NCBI GenBank assembly: GCA_965228895.1
Contig: OZ245842.1
Location: forward strand, 3,392,001-3,456,000
DNA length: 64,000 nucleotides
Direction of reading: 5' to 3'
Source: Alphaproteobacteria bacterium
Lineage (GTDB): Bacteria; Pseudomonadota; Alphaproteobacteria; SP197
Shown: piece by piece, positions 9,819 to 18,798 of the stretch
How positions within the stretch are numbered: position 1 is the first letter of the stretch
How the letters are laid out: every line of letters starts with the position of its first letter
Program-made: the position numbers and the translations under genes
Notes under the pieces: generated by a model
Databases searched by the model: none
Told to the model about the DNA's origin: nothing
The model's input: only the letters and a program-made list of their open reading frames with translations

Positions 9819-9999
9819 CGCGGCCTCCTCCCCCGGTGCACGACAATGTGCAAGACCCTGTTGCGATGCTGACGCACACGTTATCGTCATTCAACCGGCA
9901 AGAAGATTGATGGGGCGCCGGCAGCCAGACCCTTGGTCGGCGTGGCGCGCGCCCCCATTCTTCTCATGCGCGGTAGTCAAGGCGCGCTTTGGATCTGCC

Positions 10000-11550
10000 A
10001 TGTCCGATACCGTCCGTTCCCCAAAACCCAAACGCGGTGAACGCTCGTCGCGACGTAAGCGCGCCGCCGAGACATCCGCGCCAGCCGTCATCGCCGGGGT
10101 TCGGCGCGAAATCCCGCCTTATGCCCTGATGGGCGAGGAAGGGCTCGACCTCATCGAGCGCCATACCGACAGGATCCTGAAGGAGGTCGGCATCGAGTTT
10201 CGCGGCGACGACGAGGCGCTTGCCCTGTGGCGAAACGCCGGCGCAAGTGTCGACGGCAACCGCGTGCGTTTCGACGAAGGACACTTGAAAGCGATCATCG
10301 CTGAGACCTCGCCCAAATCCTTTACCCAGCACGCACGCAATCCCAAGCGTTCCGTCGTCATCGGCGGCGACCACGTCGTCTTCGCGCCGGCCTATGGCGC
10401 GCCTTTCGTGCACGACATGGATAACGGACGGCGCTACGGCACACTCCAGGACTTCCAGAACCTGATCACGCTGGCCTACGCCTCACCCTGGCTGCACCAT
10501 TCCGGCGGCACAGTGTGCGAACCCGTCGACATCCCCGTCAACAAACGCCATCTCGACATGGTCTACGCGCACCTAACCTGCGGCGACAAACCGTTCATGG
10601 GCTCGGTCACCATGCCGCAACGCGCCGAGGACTCGATTGACCTCGTGCGCATCGCGTTCGGCGAAACGTTCGTCGATCAGAACTGCGTCATCATGGGCAA
10701 CATCAACATGAACTCGCCGCTGGTCTACGACGGCGCCATGTCCGGTTCGCTGCGCGCCTACGCCCGCGCCAACCAGTGCCCGGTTGTCGTGCCGTTCATC
10801 CTGGGCGGTGCGACGGGGCCTGTCACCATGGCCGGCATGATCGCGCAATCCATGGCCGAGGTGATGGTCGGCGTCGCGCTCGGCCAGCTCGAACGGCCGG
10901 GCTCGCCCGCCGTCTTTGGCAACTTCCTGACCACCGTCGATCTGAAGACGGGATCACCAACCTTCGGCACCCCCGAACCGGCGCTCGGCTCCTATGTCGC
11001 GGCACAACTGGCCAGGCGCATCGGCCTGCCGCTTCGTTGCAGCGGCGCGTTCTCGTCATCCAAGCTGCCGGACGCCCAGGCGATGCAGGAAAGCGTCAAC
11101 TCCATGAACACGGCGATCCTGTGCGGCGCCAACTTCGTCCTGCACGCCGCCGGCTGGCTCGAGGCCGCGCTGACCATCGGCTACGAAAAACTCATGCTCG
11201 ACGCCGATTATCTGGGCGCGCTCCACACCTTCGTGAAAGGCCTGCCGATGGACGAGAATGCGCTCGCCATGGATGCCTTCACCGAGGTCGGTCCCGGCAA
11301 CCACTTCTTCGGCTGCCAGCACACGCTGGCCAACTACGAGACCGCCTTTCACACGTCGGACCTTGCCGATACCGCAGCCTACGAAAACTGGCTCGACGCC
11401 GGTGCCACCGACGCCACCACCCGCGCCAACGCCGCCTGGAAGAAGGTCTTAAAGGAAACCGAACCGCCGCCGCTCGACCCCGGCATCGACGACGGGCTCA
11501 AGGACTATATCGCGCGCAAGAAAGAGACCCTGCCGGACATCTGGCACTAG
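10000..11550 (+). CDS. Trimethylamine methyltransferase MttB-superfamily protein (non-pyrrolysine)
   Basis: GGTVCEPVDIPVNKRHLDM, NMNSPL, GSPTFGTPE, HAAGWLE; no in-frame TAG. Confidence 0.92.
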   Translation: MSDTVRSPKPKRGERSSRRKRAAETSAPAVIAGVRREIPPYALMGEEGLDLIERHTDRILKEVGIEFRGDDEALALWRNAGASVDGNRVRFDEGHLKAIIAETSPKSFTQHARNPKRSVVIGGDHVVFAPAYGAPFVHDMDNGRRYGTLQDFQNLITLAYASPWLHHSGGTVCEPVDIPVNKRHLDMVYAHLTCGDKPFMGSVTMPQRAEDSIDLVRIAFGETFVDQNCVIMGNINMNSPLVYDGAMSGSLRAYARANQCPVVVPFILGGATGPVTMAGMIAQSMAEVMVGVALGQLERPGSPAVFGNFLTTVDLKTGSPTFGTPEPALGSYVAAQLARRIGLPLRCSGAFSSSKLPDAQAMQESVNSMNTAILCGANFVLHAAGWLEAALTIGYEKLMLDADYLGALHTFVKGLPMDENALAMDAFTEVGPGNHFFGCQHTLANYETAFHTSDLADTAAYENWLDAGATDATTRANAAWKKVLKETEPPPLDPGIDDGLKDYIARKKETLPDIWH

Positions 11551-12095
11551 GGCCCGTAGTGGTGTGGCTGCTTGAACCGCACGAACGCCAGCGTCACCGC
11601 GTGGGCATAAAGCGTTGCCCGCGTCACCGCGCCATCGGTCAGCGCCCCGATCGTGCCCTCGGACAATCGTTCATCAGACAATCCGAACACCCTACGGTCT
11701 GCCTCGCCCAGGTTGACGCCGGATCGAACCAGCTGCGCGAGCGAGTCAGGCAAGATAAACGTTCCCGTGCGCGCCCTGCTTATGGTGCCGTCTGCGGCGC
11801 GCACCACGACCCAGGCAAACGAGCTCATCTCGTTGCCGTCGTCATGAACGCCGCCCTCCAGACCAACGCCAAAGTCAAAACCGGGATGCCGTTCATGCGC
11901 GCGCGTTGCCCTGTTTAGCGCCCCTTCCAACGTTTCGGCATCGCTCGTTGGCTGTTCGCTGACACCGGACGGCACCATCACGCCGACAAGCTTCGGCGTA
12001 ACATCGGAGAACAGCAGATGGACGCTCTGCCTGACCGCATCAAGTTTGACGGGATTGCCCGACGCGACAACGATGTTCACGGCATCACGTCCCAT
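11547..12095 (-). CDS. yjjX: Inosine/xanthosine triphosphatase (DUF84)
   Basis: VASGNPVK, PSGVSEQP, GALNRA, VGLEGG, GTIGALT; start may instead be GTG 12080. Confidence 0.85.
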   Translation of the reverse strand: MGRDAVNIVVASGNPVKLDAVRQSVHLLFSDVTPKLVGVMVPSGVSEQPTSDAETLEGALNRATRAHERHPGFDFGVGLEGGVHDDGNEMSSFAWVVVRAADGTISRARTGTFILPDSLAQLVRSGVNLGEADRRVFGLSDERLSEGTIGALTDGAVTRATLYAHAVTLAFVRFKQPHHYGP

Positions 12096-12603
12096 GCGGG
12101 CGACGCTCAAACGCATCCAGGAACGACGCAACCGCTGACGGATTCGAAAGCACGACACGCTCGCCGCCGAAATCCTTTAGTACGTCCATCAGCCGTAGCC
12201 GTTGGTCCCTCGGGAAGTGCCAGACGTAGACCAGGAACTCCCAGTTGAACCGCTCCGGGCAACCGGGCGTCATGTCCTCGCGCGTGCGGCCGTAGTCGCG
12301 CAAGACGCGTTTGACAACACGCCACAGGCAACGCCACCGTGGCATGTCGAGCCACACGACCGTGTCGGCCCGCTCCAACCGCTGCGGCAAGGTGCCACCG
12401 TAGTTGCCGTCCATGACCCAGGCGGGTTCCGCGATAAGGTCCTTGACCTGTTGCGTCCATGTCGCCTTATCCGGCTCGACCCAACCTGTCCGCCAGTACT
12501 GCCGGTCCAAATGCACCAGCGGCAAGCCGGCAACTGCCGCCAAGCGCTGCGCGAACACTGACTTACCCGCGCCGGGCGAACCGATGACAAGAACGCGTTG
12601 CAT
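12085..12603 (-). CDS. Adenylate-kinase-like P-loop protein (FlaR/topology modulation family)
   Basis: GSPGAGKS, HLDRQYW, WVMDGNY, GCPERF. Confidence 0.88.
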   Translation of the reverse strand: MQRVLVIGSPGAGKSVFAQRLAAVAGLPLVHLDRQYWRTGWVEPDKATWTQQVKDLIAEPAWVMDGNYGGTLPQRLERADTVVWLDMPRWRCLWRVVKRVLRDYGRTREDMTPGCPERFNWEFLVYVWHFPRDQRLRLMDVLKDFGGERVVLSNPSAVASFLDAFERRPHGT

Positions 12604-12627
12604 TGAGGCCAGTTACGTGCGCCAACC

Positions 12628-13086
12628 TCACCCTTCCAGCGCCTCAATATCGATCGGGTCGGCCAGGACGCCGGTCTTGCGGAAGGCCGCCGGCGCATCG
12701 GTACCAGGGTCGAGGGTCGAGAAATAGAGCTCGATCGTGTGGCCGTTGGGGTCGAGGCAGTAGATGCCATAGGCGACGCCGTGGTCGACCGTGGCGGTGA
12801 TCGAGACGCCGTCCTCCTTCAGCTTCCTGAGGGCCGCCTTATACGCATCAAGCGAGCCATCGAACTCGAGCGCCAGGTGGTGCACCTCGCGCCCAGCAGT
12901 CTTGCCGACATCCTTGCATTCCATCAGCGCGATATCGTGGTCGCGGGCCCCGAAGGAGAGGAACACGGCCTTAAACCGCTCGGACTCGCCGACGACCTCC
13001 ATATCGAACATGTCGCGGTACCAGGCAGCCGACTGGTCGAGATCCTCGACACCCAGCACGATGTGCGCAAGCTGCTTGATCTTCAT
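12628..13086 (-). CDS. VOC family protein
   Basis: LAHIVLGV, HDIAL, HHLALE, DHG...IYCLDPNGHTIEL. Confidence 0.88.
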   Translation of the reverse strand: MKIKQLAHIVLGVEDLDQSAAWYRDMFDMEVVGESERFKAVFLSFGARDHDIALMECKDVGKTAGREVHHLALEFDGSLDAYKAALRKLKEDGVSITATVDHGVAYGIYCLDPNGHTIELYFSTLDPGTDAPAAFRKTGVLADPIDIEALEG

Positions 13087-13191
13087 GGCCTTCCCCCTCT
13101 TCCATGAGCCGCGCCATCATAACGTGCCGGGGTGGGTACGCCGCAAGAAGGGGGTGACATCGGCCCCTGATCTCTGTATCTACCCTGCCCC

Positions 13192-13278
13192 ATGACCTCG
13201 ACAAGCCGCCATACCGCGTACTTTTGGTACTTCGGCTATCCGACGCCCCCGGCGCCGGCAGAGGATCGTTCGGCCTAA
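13192..13278 (+). CDS. Putative attenuator leader peptide (28 aa, Tyr/Phe/Trp cluster)
   Basis: Manual translation MTSTSRHTAYFWYFGYPTPPAPAEDRSA-stop; lies directly before a terminator and DAHP synthase. Confidence 0.8.
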   Translation: MTSTSRHTAYFWYFGYPTPPAPAEDRSA

Positions 13279-13306
13279 GACCCAACCACCGCCGACCTCC
13301 CCGAAC

Positions 13307-13335
13307 CGCCGCCAGGGACCTTGGCGGCGTTTTTT
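13307..13335 (+). terminator. Intrinsic terminator (attenuator) upstream of DAHP synthase
   Basis: CGCCGCCAGG-gac-CTTGGCGGCG stem followed by T6, ending 36 nt before the ATG. Confidence 0.85.
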
Positions 13336-13371
13336 ATGGCCGCCGGTCACCCAACACCCCGGAGCCACACG

Positions 13372-14436
13372 ATGAACCCCAAGAGCCAGTTGACCGACGA
13401 CCTTCGTATCGAGCGCATCGATACGCTGAGCCCGCCCGCCGAGGTGATCGACGAGGCGCCGTCCAACCCGGCCATTGCGCAGACTGTGGATGGCGCCCAC
13501 CAGGCGATCCACAAGATCCTGCACGGCGAGGACGACCGCCTGGTCGTCATCATCGGGCCGTGTTCGATCCACGATCCCAAAGCCGCGATGGAGTACGCCA
13601 ACCGCCTCGTCGCCGAACGCGAGCGCCATGCCGGCGACCTCGAAATCCTGATGCGCGTCTATTTCGAGAAACCGCGCACCACGGTCGGCTGGAAGGGGTT
13701 GATCAACGACCCCCGGCTCGACGACAGCTTTCACATCAACGACGGCCTGCGCCTGGCACGCCGCCTGCTGCTTGACATCAACGCGCTCGGCCTGCCGGCG
13801 GCCTGCGAGTTCCTGGACGTCATGACGCCGCAATACATCGCCGACCTCGTCGCCTGGGGCGCGATCGGCGCGCGCACCACCGAAAGCCAGGTGCACCGCG
13901 AGATGGCCTCCGGCCTCTCCTGTCCCGTCGGTTTCAAGAACGGCACCAACGGTGACGTGAAGATCGCCGCCGACGCCGTACAAGCCGCCTCCAACCCGCA
14001 TCATTTCCTGGCGATCACCAAGGAGGGCCGCGCCTCCATCGCGACGACCACCGGCAACGCCGATGCCCACATCGTGTTACGCGGCGGCGCGGCGCCGAAT
14101 TATGACGCCGCCGGGATTGAGTCTGCCGCCGCCCAGCTCGCCAAGGCGGGCCTCACCGAAGCCATCATGGTCGACGCCAGCCACGGCAACTCCGGCAAGG
14201 ATCACACCAAGCAGCCTGGCGTCATCGCCGATATCGCGGGCCAGCTCGCCGGCGGCGAACGGCGCATCATCGGCGTCATGATCGAAAGCCATCTCGTCGC
14301 CGGCCGCCAGGACATGGTGCCAGGCCAGCCGCTAACCTACGGCCAGTCGATCACCGATGCCTGCATGGATTGGGAGATGTCGGTCGCGGTGCTGGGTGAG
14401 CTTGCGGCCGGCGTGCGCGCGAGGCGCGGCGCATAA
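13372..14436 (+). CDS. aroG: 3-deoxy-7-phosphoheptulonate (DAHP) synthase, class I-alpha
   Basis: GPCSIHD, RVYFEKPRTTVGWKGLINDP, GARTTESQVHR, VDASHGNS, YGQSITDAC; GGAG RBS; isozyme type not resolvable. Confidence 0.95.
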   Translation: MNPKSQLTDDLRIERIDTLSPPAEVIDEAPSNPAIAQTVDGAHQAIHKILHGEDDRLVVIIGPCSIHDPKAAMEYANRLVAERERHAGDLEILMRVYFEKPRTTVGWKGLINDPRLDDSFHINDGLRLARRLLLDINALGLPAACEFLDVMTPQYIADLVAWGAIGARTTESQVHREMASGLSCPVGFKNGTNGDVKIAADAVQAASNPHHFLAITKEGRASIATTTGNADAHIVLRGGAAPNYDAAGIESAAAQLAKAGLTEAIMVDASHGNSGKDHTKQPGVIADIAGQLAGGERRIIGVMIESHLVAGRQDMVPGQPLTYGQSITDACMDWEMSVAVLGELAAGVRARRGA

Positions 14437-14456
14437 CGAAAACGCTGAACGTCCTG

Positions 14457-14562
14457 CCTCTCCCCCACTGACGCGGGGGCGAGGGGGAAAGGTCGGCGAT
14501 GGTTCCCTTTTCCTGTTTCGGGAGAGGGAGGGGCCCGATACGAAGCGTTAGGAGGGTGAGCG
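14457..14562. repeat. Degenerate REP-like palindromic element (CCTCTCCC...GGGAGAGGG type)
   Basis: CCTCTCCCCC..GGGGGCGAGG and CCCTTTTCC..GGGAGAGGG...GGGTGAG hairpins between convergent genes. Confidence 0.45.
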
Positions 14563-14595
14563 TCGGCCGGTGACACGAACGACACCGGAGATGCG

Positions 14596-15390
14596 CTAAC
14601 CACCCGCGTAACGTTCCAGAAACGCCGTCATCCTGTCGTAGGCGTCTTCCGCTGCAATGGGGTCATAGGTCATGCCCTGGATCGGCGGTCCGTCCAACAG
14701 CTCCTCCAAGTCGAAGCCGTGGGAGGCGCCGGGATAGATGACGAGCGCGTATTCGTGGTCGGGCTCGCGCGGCATGCGCATGGCGATGCAACGGTCGGCC
14801 GGCGTCCAGATATCGGCGTCGCCGATCATGACCAAGAGCGGCGAGTCCAGTTCCAGCATGCTGGGCGCGCAGCCGGGATAGATCGCGATAGCCGCGGCGA
14901 ACGGGCGTTGCCGGTCGGGCTGCGCACTCTTGATGCTCTCGATCGCCGCCAGCACCGCCGAGCCGCCATGGGACCAGCCGATGACGGCGATGGCCTCGGG
15001 GTCGACATAGGGCAAGCTTTGCAGGAACGTCTTTCCGGCATGGGCGTCGCGCGCGCGGATCGCCGGGCTCGCGACCGCGCGGTCGCCCCGGCACACGCCG
15101 TCAATGCCGCGCGGCCCGTAGCTGTCGATGCGCAGCGACACATAGCCGAGCGCGCCGAAGAAACGTTCCGCCCACGCCACGGTCGGATAGGTCCCGCCGC
15201 AGCCATTCAACAGCACCACCGCCGGGAACGGGCCCTCGCCTTCCGGCCGCGTCAGCGCGGCCGACAACACGGTCGTCTCGCCGGTAAACTCGGTCATCGG
15301 AAACTGAACGGTCTCGCTTTCGGCGCGCGCCGCGGCGGCGCTGAACACAACAGCCAGCGCGGCCATGACGCCGACGGCTATCAATCGCAT
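14596..15390 (-). CDS. Secreted dienelactone hydrolase family protein
   Basis: Signal peptide; GPFPAVVLL, GWSHGG nucleophile elbow, YPGASHGFD. Confidence 0.88.
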   Translation of the reverse strand: MRLIAVGVMAALAVVFSAAAARAESETVQFPMTEFTGETTVLSAALTRPEGEGPFPAVVLLNGCGGTYPTVAWAERFFGALGYVSLRIDSYGPRGIDGVCRGDRAVASPAIRARDAHAGKTFLQSLPYVDPEAIAVIGWSHGGSAVLAAIESIKSAQPDRQRPFAAAIAIYPGCAPSMLELDSPLLVMIGDADIWTPADRCIAMRMPREPDHEYALVIYPGASHGFDLEELLDGPPIQGMTYDPIAAEDAYDRMTAFLERYAGG

Positions 15391-15406
15391 GCCCCTTTCC
15401 TCCCCT

Positions 15407-15542
15407 AGAGCGGATCGTTGTTAGGTGGAGCCGATGAACGGTTCGACCTGACAACGTGAATCCGCTCTTTATCTGTGAGGAGAGCAGATTCACCTGCCTT
15501 GATGCTATCGCGGAGCGATTCCATCAAAACCGGATCGGCTCT
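15407..15542. repeat. 136-bp RIME/MITE-like double-palindrome element, copy 1
   Basis: Two 62-bp hairpins (15407-15468, 15481-15542) separated by 12 bp; homologous copy at 45451-45586. Confidence 0.85.
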
Positions 15543-15660
15543 ACGCGCCCAGCGTATCGCGCGAGAACGTGCGGAAGGAAGGGGGAGCCTCTGAAAAGAG
15601 CGTGTAGACCGCTTGGGACGGCGTTTTCGTCAGACGCCGTCCCTCACCAGCGATCCCGGT

Positions 15661-16062
15661 CTAGGACTCGCTCGGCTTGCGCGCCGGTTTGTCGCCAGCA
15701 CCCTCGTCACCGGCCATCGCGGTGCCGTTCGCCCAGCTTTGCGAGGCCGCCTCCATGCAGATGCAATAGAGTTTGGTGGTCTCGGCGAGATAGTCGCTGG
15801 ATGCCGCCTTCATCCAGTCCTGTTGCAATGAGACCGCGTCCTCCACATGCTCGGCGGACGACAGCTTCTGGCCGAAACTGACGTCTTGTTCCAGGCGGCG
15901 GCGCATGAAATCGGCCATTTCCTGGTTAAGCTTTAGGGCGCCTTCCATGTATCCCTGGCAGGCTTGGGACATCATGACCAGCGCCGTGCCGTATTGCTGG
16001 GGGAAATGGTCCGCGAAGGCCGATACGGCCTCTAACTCACTCGTCTTTACTTGATCTGGCAT
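15661..16062 (-). CDS. Phasin-family protein
   Basis: NQEMADFMRRRLEQD...LQQDWMKAASSDY..E pattern of Phasin_2 proteins. Confidence 0.72.
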   Translation of the reverse strand: MPDQVKTSELEAVSAFADHFPQQYGTALVMMSQACQGYMEGALKLNQEMADFMRRRLEQDVSFGQKLSSAEHVEDAVSLQQDWMKAASSDYLAETTKLYCICMEAASQSWANGTAMAGDEGAGDKPARKPSES

Positions 16063-16287
16063 GTCTTGCTCCACTGTCACGTTGGTTGCTGCGATAACCG
16101 CGCGATCCGCGCCGCGCGCGGATACGCCGTACACATGCCCCCTTTGAAACATCGAATCGTTGCAACATTGATCTGGCGGTCGCCCGCCACGTCGGCGCTC
16201 GCCTGGGCCACCATGGATAGCGTGCGTTCTGCGTCGCGCACATGAACCCGACAATGGGCAATGCTACCGCATCAGTGCGGCTGCGCA

Positions 16288-16301
16288 TTGATTTGGATCA
16301 T
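16288..16301. promoter_or_regulatory. FNR/FixK-type box upstream of phasin
   Basis: TTGAT-TTGG-ATCAT, one mismatch to TTGAT-N4-ATCAA. Confidence 0.5.
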
Positions 16302-16348
16302 GACCTGCCCGGAAAAGATCGCGCCGCGCCGCCGGAAGGGCGATTGCG

Positions 16349-16816
16349 TCAGCCCGCCTTGGGCAGCCGCCCGTTGATCGCGTAGTCCAGGATCTGCACG
16401 ACCTGCTCGGGTTCTTCGGCAACGGCAAGCGCGGCGGCATCGACCTCTTTCAGCGCGTGCTGGTGTTCGGGCGGGTGCAGCACGATCAGGGGTTTGCCGA
16501 GCGCCGCCGCGTAACCGGCGTCGAAGGCGGCGTTCCATTGTTTGTACTTTTCGCCGAAGCGCACGACGACCAGGTCGGCGTCGCCGATCATGGTGCGGGT
16601 GCGCAGCGCGTTCACCTTGGCGCCCTTGTGGTCGTGCCAGAAGGCATCGTTTTCGGCGCCCAGGATACGCACGCCGCAATCGTCCGACGAATCGTGATCG
16701 GTGACCGGGCTGGTCAAGGTCACCGGCAGGTCGGCTGCCTTCACCGCGGCGTCGATACGCTCGCGCCAATCGGAGTGAATCTCACCCGACAGATAGACGT
16801 TCCAGATCTGGCCCAT
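16349..16816 (-). CDS. ytoQ: YtoQ family protein
   Basis: VYLSGEIHSDWR, VVRFGEKYKQWNAAFDAGYA, HALKEVD. Confidence 0.9.
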   Translation of the reverse strand: MGQIWNVYLSGEIHSDWRERIDAAVKAADLPVTLTSPVTDHDSSDDCGVRILGAENDAFWHDHKGAKVNALRTRTMIGDADLVVVRFGEKYKQWNAAFDAGYAAALGKPLIVLHPPEHQHALKEVDAAALAVAEEPEQVVQILDYAINGRLPKAG

Positions 16817-16910
16817 GGTTCAGGTTCCCTTGCGTTGCATACGAACCTGTCCCTAACACGCCAGGCTCCTGATGTCCTGCGCGTGGCGAGAGACCTTGGC
16901 AGCCGGTTAT

Positions 16911-17177
16911 CTAGAGCGGGTAGTCGCGCGCCGGATCGATGCCGGCGCTTTCCAGGAACTTTCTGATCTCGCGTACATGCGCGGGCTTCAGCGAGTGGCT
17001 GTCGTGGGCGATCTCGACGAAGTTGCTGTTCAGATGCAAACCGACCCGCCCGCCGTGGCGCTGGTCGACCTCGCCGCCCAGCTCCTTGATGACCGACTCC
17101 ACCGCGCGCGGCGCGATGTTGGCGCTGACCGGATGGGCAAAAAGCGCGTGAAGAACTTTGCGATGTCTGTGGTTCAT
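16911..17177 (-). CDS. HicA-like small protein (88 aa), no adjacent HicB
   Basis: MNHRHRKVLHALFAHPVSANI...ELGGEV...GGRV...IRKFLESAGI. Confidence 0.65.
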   Translation of the reverse strand: MNHRHRKVLHALFAHPVSANIAPRAVESVIKELGGEVDQRHGGRVGLHLNSNFVEIAHDSHSLKPAHVREIRKFLESAGIDPARDYPL

Positions 17178-17293
17178 GGGCCTTCCGTTGTTGTCGCGCC
17201 GGGGTTGAGCCGCCTCGCGGCCGGGCAGGCAAGACCGGCCGATCAGGACACCGCCATCTTTCACGCTCGCGGCAGCGCACGCGTTGACGTGGA

Positions 17294-17518
17294 TCAAGCA
17301 GGCGTCGGTGCGGGAACAACAACACGCCGGTCGGTGCACCGGCGGCGCCCTACCCGGGTCCAGACGCGCTCATGAAACGCGTAGAACACGGTCTGCACGA
17401 TCGGCTCGATCAAACCGATGCCCAAAGCGATCGTCCAGCTCTGGGTCAGCGCGAAGGCGACGCCGACAGCGACGACCAGATGCATGATGGCGTAGGTGAC
17501 GGTTTTGAGGGGCAGCAT
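17294..17518 (-). CDS. DUF2061 small membrane protein
   Basis: KTVTYAIMH...IEPIVQTVFYAFHERVW. Confidence 0.85.
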   Translation of the reverse strand: MLPLKTVTYAIMHLVVAVGVAFALTQSWTIALGIGLIEPIVQTVFYAFHERVWTRVGRRRCTDRRVVVPAPTPA

Positions 17519-17545
17519 GGTGCAAGACTCAGATGCAATTGCGAC

Positions 17546-17560
17546 TTAGAATAATTATAG
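17546..17560. promoter_or_regulatory. Candidate Fur-family (PerR/Irr-like) 7-1-7 operator
   Basis: TTAGAAT-A-ATTATAG in an AT-rich patch about 30 nt upstream of the DUF2061 start. Confidence 0.4.
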
Positions 17561-17598
17561 TATTTGGCATCTTCGATGGGAATGTCAAGCTGCTGTCT

Positions 17599-18753
17599 CT
17601 ACGCCCCCTCCCCGTCGCGTTGGCGCCAGGCGACGTCCTCATTGTGTTCGCCCAGATTTGGTGCGGGGCCGTCAGGCTTATCCTCTGCCCCTTCAACCTG
17701 GAACGGCGAGCGCAAGGTGGTGAGATCACCTTCCGTCGGATGTTTCTGATCAGCAAAGAAGCCGACATCCCGTAGATGCTCATCATCTTGAAGATCGGCC
17801 AGGCCCTGGACCGGCGCGCAGGGAACGTCGAGCTCGCGCAACACCTTCAACCACGCCTCGCTGGTCCGCTCCGGCATGACGTCGGCCACGATCTCATAGA
17901 GTTCGCCGACCCGTTCGCTCCGCTCGACCATATCCTGGACCCATTCGGCCTCGGCCAGATCCTGTCTGTCGATATGGTTTAGGAACCGCGTCCACTGCCC
18001 GGCGCTATAGGGCACAACGCAGATGAAGCCGTCCTTGGTCTTATAGGGCCGGCGATAGGGCGACAGCAGCCGCTCGTACCCGATACCGCCCAGCGGCGGC
18101 GTAAACGTCTGGCCGGCCAATTGTTCGACCATCAGGAACGACACCATGGATTCGAACATCGGCGCTTCGATCAGACAGCCCTTGCCCGTCGTGCGCTGGT
18201 GGAGAGCGCCGGCCAGGACCCCAAGCGCCAGGTGTAGGCCACTCACCTTGTCGCCGACGATCGTTGTCAAAAACCGCGGCTCGCCCGCGTCGTTGGTGTT
18301 GAGCGCGGCAAGCCCCGACACCGCCTGGATAACATCGTCATAGGCGGGCCAATCGCCGTAAGGCCCATCGCTACCGAAACCGGGCGCGGCGCAATAGACC
18401 AGCCGGGGATAACGCTTCGAGAGATCGTCATAGTCCAGACCCAGCCGCGCGGCCGCCGGCATCCGCATGTTGTGGACGAGCAAGTCGGCGTCTTCCAGAA
18501 GGCCCGCCAGCACCGCCTGGCCCTCTTCGGTCTTCAGATCCAGCGTCACCGAACGTTTGTTGCGGTTGAGGTTCAGGTATCCCGCGCCCATGGTCTCCGA
18601 GCGGCCCGGCCGCACATAACGATAGATGTCGCCACCCGGCGGCTCGACCTTGATGACATCGGCGCCCAAACCACCCAGAAGCTGTGTCGCGTAAGGGCCC
18701 AGCACCACGGCCGTCAGGTCGACGACACGAAGGCCGTGCAAAAGGTCGAACAT
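17599..18753 (-). CDS. CoA-transferase family III (CaiB/BaiF)
   Basis: GLRVVDL, GPYATQLL, GADVIKVEPPGGD, NRNKRS, PAYDDVIQA. Confidence 0.93.
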   Translation of the reverse strand: MFDLLHGLRVVDLTAVVLGPYATQLLGGLGADVIKVEPPGGDIYRYVRPGRSETMGAGYLNLNRNKRSVTLDLKTEEGQAVLAGLLEDADLLVHNMRMPAAARLGLDYDDLSKRYPRLVYCAAPGFGSDGPYGDWPAYDDVIQAVSGLAALNTNDAGEPRFLTTIVGDKVSGLHLALGVLAGALHQRTTGKGCLIEAPMFESMVSFLMVEQLAGQTFTPPLGGIGYERLLSPYRRPYKTKDGFICVVPYSAGQWTRFLNHIDRQDLAEAEWVQDMVERSERVGELYEIVADVMPERTSEAWLKVLRELDVPCAPVQGLADLQDDEHLRDVGFFADQKHPTEGDLTTLRSPFQVEGAEDKPDGPAPNLGEHNEDVAWRQRDGEGA

Positions 18754-18798
18754 GGGTCGGGTGCTCCTCTCGATGCGCGGGCGCACAGCATCGCGGCG

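Noticed and set aside
10000-11550. Pyrrolysine recoding in the MttB genes
   Set aside because: No in-frame amber codon in either paralog and no pyl genes in the window
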